Part shown: one piece after another, positions 1 to 9,261 of the stretch
Layout: every line of letters begins with the position of its first letter
How positions within the stretch are numbered: the stretch's first letter is position 1
NCBI GenBank assembly: GCA_043749225.1
Contig: JAYVEP010000123.1
Span: 4,413 to 68,412 of the forward strand
Source: Acidobacteriaceae bacterium
Lineage (GTDB): Bacteria; Acidobacteriota; Terriglobia; Terriglobales; Acidobacteriaceae
Direction: 5' to 3'
DNA: 64,000 nt
Notes under the pieces: generated by a model
Seen by the model: the letters and a program-made list of their open reading frames with translations, nothing else
Told to the model about the DNA's origin: nothing
Database searches by the model: none
Position numbers and translations under genes: made by a program

Positions 1-719
1 GGCAGAAAGGGAAGTCGAATCTGTCCACCATGCGAGTGGCCCGAGAGCTGCAAATCGATGGGGTGTTGCGCGGCCTCGTCGGCGAAATCGGGCTCGTGCG
101 CAAGCAGTACGACTGGCTCTTTGTGGGGGATTCCTCGCAAAGTTGCGTCCAGGTCAGGGAACCCACCCAAAGCGTCGGCTGTTCCGGCGATCCAAATTCG
201 TTTGCCGTCCTTTTCAACGGGAGTGGCTTGGTTGGTCAGCACGCGAATTCCGCGTTCTGCAAGAGCGCCTTCTACGAAAACGGGGTCGGTGAAGGTATCG
301 TGATTGCCCAAGACGGCAAAAACGCCCAATTTTGGGCGCAGGGGTGCCAGCAGTTCGGCGCAGGGGCCGGCCGCTTTCGCAGCTCCAGGATCTTCCGACC
401 GAAATTCGGAAAGGGTAACGAAATCACCGGTGAGCGCCAGGATGTCTGGATTGAGCTGACGAATGAGTTCTACGGCTTTGCGGATGACTCCCGCACTGAA
501 CTGTGGGTGGTAGTGGAGGTCGCTGATCTGAGCGATGGTGATGCCATCCAGCTCTTCTGGCAGGCGTGCCAGAGGGATATCCATGTGGCGCACGACGACG
601 TGCTGGCGCTCGTAGAAGGCTCCGTAGCTGCCTGCGGCCAGCGCGACTCCCGCGCCGATCCTAGCGGCCTTGCGGAGAAATTGGCGGCGCGTGGTGGGTG
701 GCGCATCGAAAAGGGTCAT
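1..719 (-). CDS. Tat-signal metallophosphoesterase (calcineurin-like); 3' end lies beyond the window
   Basis: The minus-strand ORF is open to the window edge, so it is absent from the ORF track. Hand translation from ATG 719-717 gives MTLFDAPPTTRRQFLRKAARIGAGVALAAG (twin-arginine signal), then DLHY, GDF, GNHD, HEP and GHSHGG phosphoesterase motifs. An in-frame stop lies just upstream (732-734). Confidence 0.8.
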   Translation of the reverse strand, partial: MTLFDAPPTTRRQFLRKAARIGAGVALAAGSYGAFYERQHVVVRHMDIPLARLPEELDGITIAQISDLHYHPQFSAGVIRKAVELIRQLNPDILALTGDFVTLSEFRSEDPGAAKAAGPCAELLAPLRPKLGVFAVLGNHDTFTDPVFVEGALAERGIRVLTNQATPVEKDGKRIWIAGTADALGGFPDLDATLRGIPHKEPVVLLAHEPDFADEAAQHPIDLQLSGHSHGGQIRLPFL

Positions 720-971
720 ATTTCTTTCAAACTAAAGTTCGACACTTTCAGGCCAGATCAACGTATTTCAAATATAGACTGCCGAGGGCCTGGCACATGT
801 AAACGAAGGAAATTGGTTTACAGCGGCGGAATCAAGAGTTTCACGAGAGCTTCGAAGTTTGATGCAACTCTCGGCTCGAACTTGGGTTCCAATAAGGGCA
901 GGGAAGTCTTTGCTTCTGCGATCCGGTCAGGGTCGCAGTTCAGCCCTGCCCAAATTTTCTTGAGGTGATTT

Positions 972-3074
972 ATGTTTGCCGCCCGATTCCGCCCGACTGG
1001 TTCGTCTGTACTGACGCCCACCGACCACTTGCCAAGTCGATCCCGGCAACTTGGTCAGATTGTTTCTGCGTCGATCGCACTCTTTCTGGTGGTGGCGATG
1101 GCCGCTTGTGGATCTTCATCGACAAAGACGCCGCCACCCTCTGTTACCGTCACAGTCGCTCCGACTGTGGTGAGCGTTCCCGTGGGGCAGACGGCACAGT
1201 TTGCGGCTTCTGTGGCCAACAGCACAAACCAGGCGGTGACGTGGCAGGTGAACGGAGTTACGGGCGGTGACGCTGCGCATGGAATGATCTCAACCAGCGG
1301 ATTGTTTGCGGCTCCGGCGGCTATTCCCAGTCCGGCTGCGGTAACGGTCACTGCCGTTTCGCAGGCTAATACAAGCATTTCAGCTTCGACCGCTGTGACG
1401 ATTGGGCCGACTGCGACGGTGAGTATTTCTCCCTCCGCGGCAACATTGCCAGCTGGCTCGGCACTGACGTTTACCGCCAGCGTCAACGGCACCCCAAGCA
1501 CGGCGATCACGTGGAAGGTGAACGGAGTAACGGGTGGCGATGCGACACACGGCTTGATCTCCACGGCAGGTGTCTACACGGCTCCGGCGACTGCGCCAAC
1601 GGGTGGAACGGTGACCATCACGGGTGTGGATCAAGGCGGAGCGGGATCAAGTAGCGCGGTGCTGACCATTACTTTTTCGAATGCGACATTACATGGCCCT
1701 TACGCGTTCTCGTTCTCTGGCAGCAATGCCAGCGGATTTCTGGCGGCGGCGGGTAGTTTTACGGCAGATGGCAACGGCAATATTACGGGCGGACTGGAAG
1801 ACGTGACAGGCCAAACGGCAGTTTCCACCAATCTGACGTTCACAGGGACGTATTCGATCGGACCGGACGGTCGGGGTTCGGTAGCACTCGCGGTGAGTGG
1901 GAGCAACTCGGCGAGCTGGCAGATTGCAATGGCCAACGATCAGCACGGCTTCATGATCCGCTTTGATACAGCGACGGTGAGTGCTAGCGGAACCATTGAC
2001 CGCCAGGATGCGAACTCGTTCAACGCTGCCTCGTTCAACGGAAACTACGTTGCGAACCTTTCCGGCATCGATGCAAACGCGAATCTGCTGGTGCAAGTGG
2101 GAGCGATGACTGCGAATGGCACAGGGAATATCTCTAGCGGTGTGCTGGATGTGAACGATAATGGGACGCCTTCCTTCAACCTTGGGTTGAGCGGGACGTA
2201 CACCATGACATCCAGCGGACGCGGCACTCTAGCGTTTACGACCGTTGGGGGAACCGAGAATTTTGCTTTGTATGCCGTGAACGCGAACCAATTCAAGCTG
2301 GTCGAAACCGACGCGGGAGCAAGCTCGTCGGTTGTGGGAGATCTGAACCGGCAGGCTGCAGGCCCGTTCGGCAATGGCTCACTGCACGGGAGCTACGCAT
2401 TCACTCTGGGCGGAGCGACTGCGAACGGTGCGTTGGCCTTGGGAGGCGTTCTTGCGGCAAATGGCGGTGGCTTATTTACCAGTGGCACGTTTGACGAAAA
2501 CGATGCCAGCGTCGTCACGACAGGGTTCTCACTCTTCAGCGGATCGTACAGCATGGCTAGCAATGGTCGCGCTACCGCTGCGTTAGCGATCAACGACGAC
2601 ATCGGACGCACGCTGCAAATTGTGCTTTATCCGCAAGCAAACGGTGGAGTGGCCACGATTGATATGGACACTTCGTTGGTGGCGGCGGGGGTGGCTTTCG
2701 CACAGTCGGGAGCGCCGTTTGGCCAAAGCAATTTGGATGGCGGCTTTGCCCTGAATTGGAACGGTGTTTTGTTTACGACGACGCCGAGCTCGGAAGAGGA
2801 CATTTCCGGCCAACTGACAGGGACTGGAAATGCTCTGGCGGGCAAGGTGGACATTAGCACGCTGAATTCCTTAGTTGGAGCCACGAACTCCAACACTGGC
2901 GTGAGTGGAAGCTTCACCATGGGAGCCAATGGTTTTGGCACTCTCAGCGTGCAAGAGTCTGGCGGTGGATCTGTCTTCACCCACGGCGTTTACATGATCG
3001 ACAACACTACAGCGCTGGTCCTAGATACAGATGCACAGCGGGCGCTGGTGGGAGTGATGAAGCGGCAGTACTAG
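972..3074 (+). CDS. Secreted lipoprotein with two Ig-like (Big_2-type) repeats plus four cryptic ~110-aa repeats; function unknown
   Basis: Lipobox-like LVVAMAAC follows a charged N-terminus. There are two tandem repeats of the pattern VTV.P..V..G.T..F.ASV......A.TW.VNGVTGGD..HG.IS..G.Y.AP. These are followed by four repeats of the pattern L.G.Y.F...G....G...A.G....G...D.N......L.GTY.....GRG. Confidence 0.75.
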   Translation: MFAARFRPTGSSVLTPTDHLPSRSRQLGQIVSASIALFLVVAMAACGSSSTKTPPPSVTVTVAPTVVSVPVGQTAQFAASVANSTNQAVTWQVNGVTGGDAAHGMISTSGLFAAPAAIPSPAAVTVTAVSQANTSISASTAVTIGPTATVSISPSAATLPAGSALTFTASVNGTPSTAITWKVNGVTGGDATHGLISTAGVYTAPATAPTGGTVTITGVDQGGAGSSSAVLTITFSNATLHGPYAFSFSGSNASGFLAAAGSFTADGNGNITGGLEDVTGQTAVSTNLTFTGTYSIGPDGRGSVALAVSGSNSASWQIAMANDQHGFMIRFDTATVSASGTIDRQDANSFNAASFNGNYVANLSGIDANANLLVQVGAMTANGTGNISSGVLDVNDNGTPSFNLGLSGTYTMTSSGRGTLAFTTVGGTENFALYAVNANQFKLVETDAGASSSVVGDLNRQAAGPFGNGSLHGSYAFTLGGATANGALALGGVLAANGGGLFTSGTFDENDASVVTTGFSLFSGSYSMASNGRATAALAINDDIGRTLQIVLYPQANGGVATIDMDTSLVAAGVAFAQSGAPFGQSNLDGGFALNWNGVLFTTTPSSEEDISGQLTGTGNALAGKVDISTLNSLVGATNSNTGVSGSFTMGANGFGTLSVQESGGGSVFTHGVYMIDNTTALVLDTDAQRALVGVMKRQY

Positions 3075-3162
3075 AAGGGCGGCTAGCGGCTATCAAAAAC
3101 TTGGCAGTTGGCAGTTTGTGGTTTAGCTGAGAGCCGATGGCTGAGAGCCGAAAGCGAATCGG

Positions 3163-3239
3163 TGGTGCGCCCGGAGGGACTTGAACCCCCAACCTACGGC
3201 TCCGGAGGCCGGCGCTCTATCCAATTGAGCTACGGGCGC
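3163..3239 (-). tRNA. tRNA-Arg (anticodon CCG)
   Basis: The reverse complement reads GCGCCCGTAGCTCAATTGGATAGAGCGCCGGCCTCCGGAGCCGTAGGTTGGGGGTTCAAGTCCCTCCGGGCGCACCA. It has a 7-bp acceptor stem, D arm GCTC/GAGC, anticodon loop CUCCGGA (CCG), T arm GGGGG-TTCAAGT-CCCTC and an encoded CCA. Confidence 0.9.
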
Positions 3240-3388
3240 GCTCTTTCGCAACCCTATTAGTGTACATCCCTGTGCGGTAGCCTTCAATTCAGATGGTCAT
3301 TCTCGGCTTCGCCGCAGCCAGCCATTTCATCGTGGCGTAACGCAAGCCCTTCCCCAAATCGGTTATGCTCGGGCTGAGGCGTAGAACA

Positions 3389-4375
3389 ATGCACAAACGA
3401 CAGCTTGGCAAAAATGGCCCCTGGGTGTCCGCGCTGGGACTTGGCTGCATGGGTATGTCGGAATTTTACGGCAGCCCGGATGACGCGGAATCCATCGCTA
3501 CGATTCACCGCGCGCTGGAACTTGGGATCGATTTTCTCGACACCGCCGACGTGTATGGGAGAGGTTCTAACGAAGACCTGGTTGGTCGCGCGATTCGCGG
3601 CAAACGCGAGCAGGCTTTTCTGGCCACGAAATTCGGCAATGTGCGTGGACCGGACGGCGCCTTTCATGGCGTGAACGGCCACCCGGACTATGTTGCATCC
3701 TGCTGCGATGAAAGCCTGCGACGGCTCGGCGTCGATGTGATTGATCTTTACTACCAGCACCGGGTGGACACGACTGTTCCCATTGAAGAAACTGTTGGAG
3801 CGATGGCGGAACTGGTTCACGATGGAAAAGTTCGCTATCTTGGTTTGTCCGAAGCGTCTGCTGCTACGATTCGGCGCGCGCACAAGGTTCATCCGATTGC
3901 GGCTCTGCAAACGGAATACTCGTTGTGGACGCGGGATCCGGAGGATGAGATTTTGGCCACCACGCGGGACCTAGGTATCGCGTTTGTGGCCTACAGTCCG
4001 CTGGGGCGAGGTTTTCTAAGCGGGGAATTCAAGCGGCCTGAGGATATTCCAGTTGGCGATTATCGGCATAACTCGCCACGCTTCCAGGGAGAGAACTTCC
4101 AGAAGAATTTGGATCTGGTAAATCAGGTGAAGACGATTGCGCAGGAGAAGGGCTGTACACCGTCGCAACTGGCGCTGGCGTGGCTGCTGGCCAAGGGAGC
4201 CGATATTCTGCCTATTCCTGGAACGAAGCGCCGCACGTATTTGGAACAAAACGCAGAGGCTGCCGACATTCTCATGAGCGCACCCGAAATGCAGCGCCTG
4301 GAAGAAGTGGCGCCCCGGGGAGCGGCGAGTGGTCTGCGCTACCCCGAGGCGATGATGAAGCGAGTGAATGCTTGA
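3389..4375 (+). CDS. Aldo/keto reductase family oxidoreductase
   Basis: [35 protein letters not shown] and [10 protein letters not shown] are typical AKR (Tas/YajO-like) motifs. ATG 3389 with an upstream GAGG is preferred over the track start at 3365. Confidence 0.9.
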   Translation: MHKRQLGKNGPWVSALGLGCMGMSEFYGSPDDAESIATIHRALELGIDFLDTADVYGRGSNEDLVGRAIRGKREQAFLATKFGNVRGPDGAFHGVNGHPDYVASCCDESLRRLGVDVIDLYYQHRVDTTVPIEETVGAMAELVHDGKVRYLGLSEASAATIRRAHKVHPIAALQTEYSLWTRDPEDEILATTRDLGIAFVAYSPLGRGFLSGEFKRPEDIPVGDYRHNSPRFQGENFQKNLDLVNQVKTIAQEKGCTPSQLALAWLLAKGADILPIPGTKRRTYLEQNAEAADILMSAPEMQRLEEVAPRGAASGLRYPEAMMKRVNA

Positions 4376-4398
4376 TGGTTCTTCGTACGGACTGAAAT

Positions 4399-4422
4399 GG
4401 CGGCGGAGCAAGCTCCGCCGCC
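4399..4422. terminator. GC-rich hairpin between convergent genes (candidate bidirectional terminator)
   Basis: GGCGGCGGAGC-AA-GCTCCGCCGCC lies in the 62-bp gap between the AKR stop (4375) and the RRM gene stop (4438). There is no strong U-tract on either side. Confidence 0.5.
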
Positions 4423-4437
4423 GCATATTCCGAGACT

Positions 4438-4863
4438 TTACCAGCGACCGCCGCCGCCACCACCACCGCTGCCGCCGCGATCACGACCGCCGCCGCCTCC
4501 TCCACCTTTGCGGCCACCGCCACCGCTGCCGCGATCACGACCGCCGCCACCACCTCCGCCGCCACCGGGACGGAAACCACCGCCGGCACCGCCTCCACCA
4601 CCGCCACGCGGACGTTCTTCCCGCGGTCGCGCTTCGTTTACGTTCACCGTACGAGTTCCAATTTGTGAACCGTTGAGCGCCGTGATGGCCTTGTCGCCTT
4701 CCTCGGCGTTGGTCATCTCCACGAACGCAAACCCGCGTGAACGGCCGGTCTCTCGCTCCGTCATGATGCTTACTTTGTCAATTTGCCCGTGCGGTTCAAA
4801 AGCCTGGCGGAGTTCTTCTTCCGTAGTATGAAAATCCAAGTTGCCTACAAAAATGTTCTTCAC
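4438..4863 (-). CDS. RRM-type RNA-binding protein with a long Gly/Arg-rich C-terminal tail
   Basis: RNP2 IFVGNL and RNP1 RGFAFVEM sit in an ~80-aa RRM, followed by a ~55-aa tail of G runs interrupted by R/D/K/S, ending RW. Confidence 0.9.
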   Translation of the reverse strand: MKNIFVGNLDFHTTEEELRQAFEPHGQIDKVSIMTERETGRSRGFAFVEMTNAEEGDKAITALNGSQIGTRTVNVNEARPREERPRGGGGGGAGGGFRPGGGGGGGGGRDRGSGGGGRKGGGGGGGRDRGGSGGGGGGGRW

Positions 4864-5014
4864 GCGTGCCTCACGATGGTGGTTTGTCTGAGTGTGGGCG
4901 GCTTCGGAGGGAGTCCAGCGTGCAGAGTTCCAGAACCGGAGTTGCGAACAGTCAAACGAGGTAGCGAGTATAGCAGGTTATTTTCGCCTGCGGGGGAGGA
5001 CTGCGGTGTTGCGT

Positions 5015-5251
5015 TCAGCAGCCTTCTGAACGCCAGACTCCAGCGCGTTCAAATTGGAACCGGACAGCCCGGAAGTGGCGGTCGTGCTTTTTGCCGCAAT
5101 TCGGGCAGCGCAAGTGCCGGCCGTGAGGCCCGGTGGGAGTGTCATTTCCTGCAACGGCGATATTGTGGCCGCAAGAACAGGGAACCAGGAACACGGCAAT
5201 ACCCTGGGTGAAGATTCTTGCTGGCTCCTGGGACCTCATCTTCTTGCGCAT
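5015..5251 (-). CDS. Possible small zinc-ribbon protein (hypothetical)
   Basis: This is a 78-aa ORF 31 bp downstream of typA. It has a CxC...CxxC pattern (PCSCGHN ... RCPNCGKKH). Overlapping alternative ORFs exist and the RBS is weak. Confidence 0.3.
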   Translation of the reverse strand: MRKKMRSQEPARIFTQGIAVFLVPCSCGHNIAVAGNDTPTGPHGRHLRCPNCGKKHDRHFRAVRFQFERAGVWRSEGC

Positions 5252-5282
5252 CTTTCGATGTTACGCACGATTTTACGCAGTG

Positions 5283-7127
5283 CTAAGCATCTACCGCTAC
5301 CGGGCCGCGCTTGCGCTTGTTCGCCTGCAAGACTTTTTTGCGAATGCGCAAGGATTTAGGAGTGACTTCGACCCATTCATCGTCGGTGATGAATTCAATG
5401 GCCTGTTCCAAACTTAGATTCTTGTAGGGAACCAGGCGGAGCGCTTCGTCGGCGGAAGAGGAGCGCATGTTGGTGAGCTTCTTTTCGCGGACGGCGTTCA
5501 CGTCCATGTCGTTGTCCTTGGCGTTTTCGCCGACGATCATGCCCTCATAGAGGGCCGCGCCGGGGCCGACGAACATGTTGCCACGCTCCTGCAGACCCCA
5601 GAGGGCGTAGGCTGTGGAGGCGCCGTCGCGGTCGGAAATCAGGGCGCCGGTGAGACGCTGAGGGATTTCACCTTGCCACTCGATGTAGCCATCAAAGAGC
5701 GCGTTCATGACGATGGTGCCGCGCGTGTCGGTGAGCAACTGGCTGCGGAGGCCGATCAGACTGCGGCTGGGCACGCGGAACTCAATGCGGACGCGTCCGT
5801 AGCCGTGGTTGTGCATGTTTTTGACTTCACTCTTGCGCGAACCTAACTGCTCCATCACGACGCCGACAAATTCCTCGGGTACGTCGATGGTGAGCAGTTC
5901 CACCGGTTCCATGAGTTTGCCATCGACGCGTTTGGTGACGATCTCCGGCTTGCCGACCATGAGCTCGAAGCCTTCCCGGCGCATCATCTCAAGAAGAATC
6001 GAGAGTTGCAATTCGCCGCGGCCCAGCACTTTGAAGGAGTCCGTGCTGCCTGTGTCTTCCACGCGTAGAGAGACGTTGGTGAGGAGTTCTTTGGCCAGGC
6101 GGTCGCGCAGATTGCGCGAGGTTACGTACTGGCCTTCGCGTCCGGCAAAGGGGGAGGTGTTGATAGTGAACAACATCCCGATGGTCGGTTCGTCGATGAC
6201 GATTGGCGGCAAGGGCGCGGGATTCTCTACGTCTGTGATGGTTTCGCCGATGGTGATTCCTTCGACGCCAGCCACGGCGATGATGTCCCCCATTTCCGTT
6301 TCCGTGCAATCGGTTCGCTTCAGGCCGGAAAATGAAAACAGCTTGGTTATTTTAGTTTTGTGGAACGTGCCATCGAGCTTCGCTATAGCGACATCTTCGC
6401 CGGTGAACATGGTGCCGTTGAAGACGCGCGCGATGGCGATGCGACCGAGATAGTCGCTGTAGTCGAGGTTGGCCACCAGAATTTGCAGCGGCCCCTTGGG
6501 GTCGCCTTTTGGGGGCGGAATGGTTTTTACGATGGCATCGAACAGCGGTTGCAGGTCCGGACCTTGTTGCGTGGCGTCGAGCGAGGCCGTGCCCGCTTTG
6601 GCATTGCTGTAGAGCACGGGGAAGTCGAGTTGATTTTCCTTGGCATCGAGGTCGATGAACAGGTCATAGATCTCGTTCAAGACTTCCTGTGCGCGAGCGT
6701 CGGGACGGTCTATCTTATTGACGACCACGATCACCGGCATGTGGGCTTCCAGGGCTTTGCTCAGCACGTAACGCGTTTGCGGCAGAGGGCCTTCGCTGGC
6801 GTCTACCAGCAGCATGACGCCGTCCACCATCTTGAGCGCGCGCTCCACTTCGCCGCCGAAATCGCTGTGGCCGGGGGTGTCGACAATGTTGATCTTCACG
6901 CCATGGTAAAAGACGGCGGTGTTCTTGGCGAGAATCGTGATGCCGCGTTCGCGTTCCAAATCATTCGAATCCATGACGCGGTCGACAACCGCTTCATTCG
7001 AGCGGAAGGTTCCGCTCTGGCGCAGCATGGCATCCACCAGCGTGGTTTTACCGTGGTCAACGTGCGCAATAATGGCAATATTCCTAATGTTCAAACTCAA
7101 AGTATTGGTTTCCTCTCGGGTGTGCAA
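5283..7127 (-). CDS. typA: Translational GTPase TypA/BipA
   Basis: G motifs [14 protein letters not shown] and NKID are present. Length and domain order are EF-G-like, with the C-terminal BipA-specific region. Confidence 0.95.
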   Translation of the reverse strand: MHTREETNTLSLNIRNIAIIAHVDHGKTTLVDAMLRQSGTFRSNEAVVDRVMDSNDLERERGITILAKNTAVFYHGVKINIVDTPGHSDFGGEVERALKMVDGVMLLVDASEGPLPQTRYVLSKALEAHMPVIVVVNKIDRPDARAQEVLNEIYDLFIDLDAKENQLDFPVLYSNAKAGTASLDATQQGPDLQPLFDAIVKTIPPPKGDPKGPLQILVANLDYSDYLGRIAIARVFNGTMFTGEDVAIAKLDGTFHKTKITKLFSFSGLKRTDCTETEMGDIIAVAGVEGITIGETITDVENPAPLPPIVIDEPTIGMLFTINTSPFAGREGQYVTSRNLRDRLAKELLTNVSLRVEDTGSTDSFKVLGRGELQLSILLEMMRREGFELMVGKPEIVTKRVDGKLMEPVELLTIDVPEEFVGVVMEQLGSRKSEVKNMHNHGYGRVRIEFRVPSRSLIGLRSQLLTDTRGTIVMNALFDGYIEWQGEIPQRLTGALISDRDGASTAYALWGLQERGNMFVGPGAALYEGMIVGENAKDNDMDVNAVREKKLTNMRSSSADEALRLVPYKNLSLEQAIEFITDDEWVEVTPKSLRIRKKVLQANKRKRGPVAVDA

Positions 7128-7492
7128 CGGAAGAAAAGCAGGAGCCTGAATGTCTTCTACAGTAGTTTACTATGCGGGGACCCTAAACAGGTAAAAAGGC
7201 TGTGTTTGCGTGGGCATTTGCCAGACGCAGAACATCAGAATTCAACGGACGAACGAGGCCGTGGATACTCCCCACCCAGTCTCGTCAGTTGCGAAATGCA
7301 CAATCAGTCTCGCGCGGCTTTCAGGTAAGTCGTAGATGAGATTTCGCGAGCTTCTCGTGTCTTGCTGCTCTGTTCCGGATCGAGCCAGACGAGGGATGCT
7401 CTCGTGTTGTTGCGAAAGACTGAGCAGATTCACGCCGGAGCTGTTCGAAGTCTGTCGGTTGCAATCCGGTCGCACTTGTCGGTTCGTAAGTC

Positions 7493-7717
7493 TCAAATAA
7501 GCCATTCTGCATTCGACTCATCTTTTCGGTTGCGGAATGGATTCAAGATTGCAGAGGCTGCACGTTGAGGAACCTCACCAGGCGACGCCCCGTAGCAAAC
7601 GAGGACGGGGCGATTAGCTCGGTCGCGATAGCAAACGAAGAATCCCGCAAATGCTAGTACGCACGCTCCGGCGAACGCAATCTTTCCCATTCGACGCTTC
7701 GTGGAAAAATTTGCCAT
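7493..7717 (-). CDS. Possible small membrane protein (hypothetical)
   Basis: This is a 74-aa ORF starting 12 bp after the amine oxidase stop. It has a basic N-terminus and one hydrophobic helix (IAFAGACVLAFAGFFVCY). It contains the hairpin at 7586-7612, so the region could instead be non-coding. Confidence 0.3.
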   Translation of the reverse strand: MANFSTKRRMGKIAFAGACVLAFAGFFVCYRDRANRPVLVCYGASPGEVPQRAASAILNPFRNRKDESNAEWLI

Positions 7718-7729
7718 TCCGAACCAATG

Positions 7730-9232
7730 CTATGCCGTTACCGGTGTACCCGCCAGCCGGGCTTCGGCTTGTTTCACTGAGCGGCGGGCGGCCTGGATGG
7801 CCATTGCCGTGGTCGATTCCGGCCCTTCGGAGTCGGTATTCGCGAAGAAAATTCTTTCCATCGGTTGGCGTACCAAAGGCATGGTCTGTGTGTATAGGCC
7901 AGGCGTTGACATATACAGAGGATGCCCTCGCCGGTAGATGTGGACTTCTTTTGGATTGACGTCCGATCCTGGAAATAGCTTTTGGAAATCGTGGAGGACC
8001 TCGGCGGCAATCTTCTGCGCGCCTGCTTCGGTCAGTAGGAGTGCTCGCTCGTGCTCCCGCAGTGGCGTGTAACAGGTTAGGATGTTGTGCTTTTGTTTGT
8101 ATCCGGGCTTGTTGCGCACGACCCAGTCGGCCACGATGAAGTCAGTGAAGCGGTTGCCGGGGCACCAATTGTCGTAGCCTTTATTGAAGACGGGCTTGTC
8201 GAAGATCAAGTTCACAATTGGATAGGGTTGGTAGCGAATTTCACCCATAGCGTCCTTTTGCTTTTGCGGGAGTCCGTGCACGATGCTTCGAGTGATGAAC
8301 TTCGGAGTGGCCATGATGACTGCCTTAGCTGCGACTGTGTGTAGTGCGCCGTTGTACATGTAGGTGACATGCGCTTCGTGTTTTTGCTGCACCACGCTAA
8401 TGATGGTGGCGCCGCCGACCATGCGTTCGCCCATCTTTGGCCGCAGCAGCTCAGTGTAGCGTTTGGAAATTGCGCCTAGACCTCCCGGCCACGTGTACCG
8501 GTTGTCGACGCGCTTCTCTCCACCGGCGAATTGCACAGCCCATATACCCAGCGCCGCTGAGGATTCGTTGCTGACTGCTCCCCAGTTCGAGGGACCGAAA
8601 CCGTCCCACCACTGCTGAATTTCTGGAGCGTATCCTTTCATGAAGTTGGAGAACGGCTGGTTGTCGAGTTCGGTCATGCGCTTCTCCACATCAATGGTGA
8701 GCATTTCATGCCGAAACTTCTTGAAGCTTTCTCGGATAATTTCCGAATCTGGAAGATGGTCCAAGCCTTCGCCCCAGGTGTCCGGGATAAATTCTCCTTG
8801 GATAATCGTGCCATCCCAATTGGCAATAGGCAGCTTTTCCATGCCGATTTCACTGGCAAGCCAGTCTGCGACCTCAACTTCTGTATAAGCGGCCGCGGTA
8901 GAGAAGGCCAAGCCGTCGTGCTCCATGGCATACGTATTGCCGCCGAAATGAGGTTCCTTTTCCAGGAGGAGGCAATCGTGATGCGGCAGCAAGTGTGCCG
9001 CAGTGAGGCCGCTGATGCCGCCGCCGACAATCACAACATCGTGCCGCTTGGTTGCCAGAGGCAGTGTGAAGGTACGCCCATCGCGGACTTGATGGCAGAT
9101 GCGGTTCTCTTCGCCTTCAACTTGTGGCGCCGCGTCATTGGGGGCTGCCAGCAGAGTTTGATCGATAGGGCAGCCATTGGCTACGGCACCTGCTACCACG
9201 TACTTTATAAAGTCTCTACGATTGGGGCTCAT
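7730..9232 (-). CDS. Tat-exported FAD-dependent amine oxidase-like oxidoreductase
   Basis: The twin-arginine motif NRRDFIKY is present. The dinucleotide fold VVIVGGGISGLTAAHLL and the C-terminal flavin amine-oxidase-like region are present. It is the last gene of the importer operon. Confidence 0.85.
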   Translation of the reverse strand: MSPNRRDFIKYVVAGAVANGCPIDQTLLAAPNDAAPQVEGEENRICHQVRDGRTFTLPLATKRHDVVIVGGGISGLTAAHLLPHHDCLLLEKEPHFGGNTYAMEHDGLAFSTAAAYTEVEVADWLASEIGMEKLPIANWDGTIIQGEFIPDTWGEGLDHLPDSEIIRESFKKFRHEMLTIDVEKRMTELDNQPFSNFMKGYAPEIQQWWDGFGPSNWGAVSNESSAALGIWAVQFAGGEKRVDNRYTWPGGLGAISKRYTELLRPKMGERMVGGATIISVVQQKHEAHVTYMYNGALHTVAAKAVIMATPKFITRSIVHGLPQKQKDAMGEIRYQPYPIVNLIFDKPVFNKGYDNWCPGNRFTDFIVADWVVRNKPGYKQKHNILTCYTPLREHERALLLTEAGAQKIAAEVLHDFQKLFPGSDVNPKEVHIYRRGHPLYMSTPGLYTQTMPLVRQPMERIFFANTDSEGPESTTAMAIQAARRSVKQAEARLAGTPVTA

Positions 9233-9261
9233 GCATTGCTCCCTTAGATTGTGAAAAAGCG

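Noticed and set aside
30-968. 312-aa plus-strand ORF at the left edge
   Set aside because: It is antisense to a minus-strand reading frame with unmistakable Tat-signal and metallophosphoesterase motifs. The plus-strand product has no recognisable motifs, so this is a GC-rich shadow ORF.
3101-3151. Short tandem repeats next to tRNA-Arg: TTGGCAG x2 (3101-3114) and GCTGAGAGCCGA x2 with a 2-nt spacer (3126-3151)
   Set aside because: They are too short and too few to call a repeat element. There is no duplicated tRNA 3' end (att-like site), integrase or other mobile-element gene nearby. They are probably just tRNA-flanking or terminator sequence.
4397-4831. 144-aa proline-rich ORF (and the Ala/Val-rich ORF 4272-4607 on the minus strand)
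   Set aside because: They are mirror images of the poly-Gly (GGN) tail of the RRM protein on the opposite strand or frame. They are low-complexity artefacts.
6360-7328. 322-aa plus-strand ORF
   Set aside because: It lies almost entirely antisense within typA, whose identity is certain.
7586-7612. 8-bp GC hairpin CGCCCCGT-N11-ACGGGGCG downstream of the amine oxidase gene
   Set aside because: It could be the operon terminator, but no U-tract follows on the transcribed strand and it lies inside a possible small ORF. It is left unassigned.
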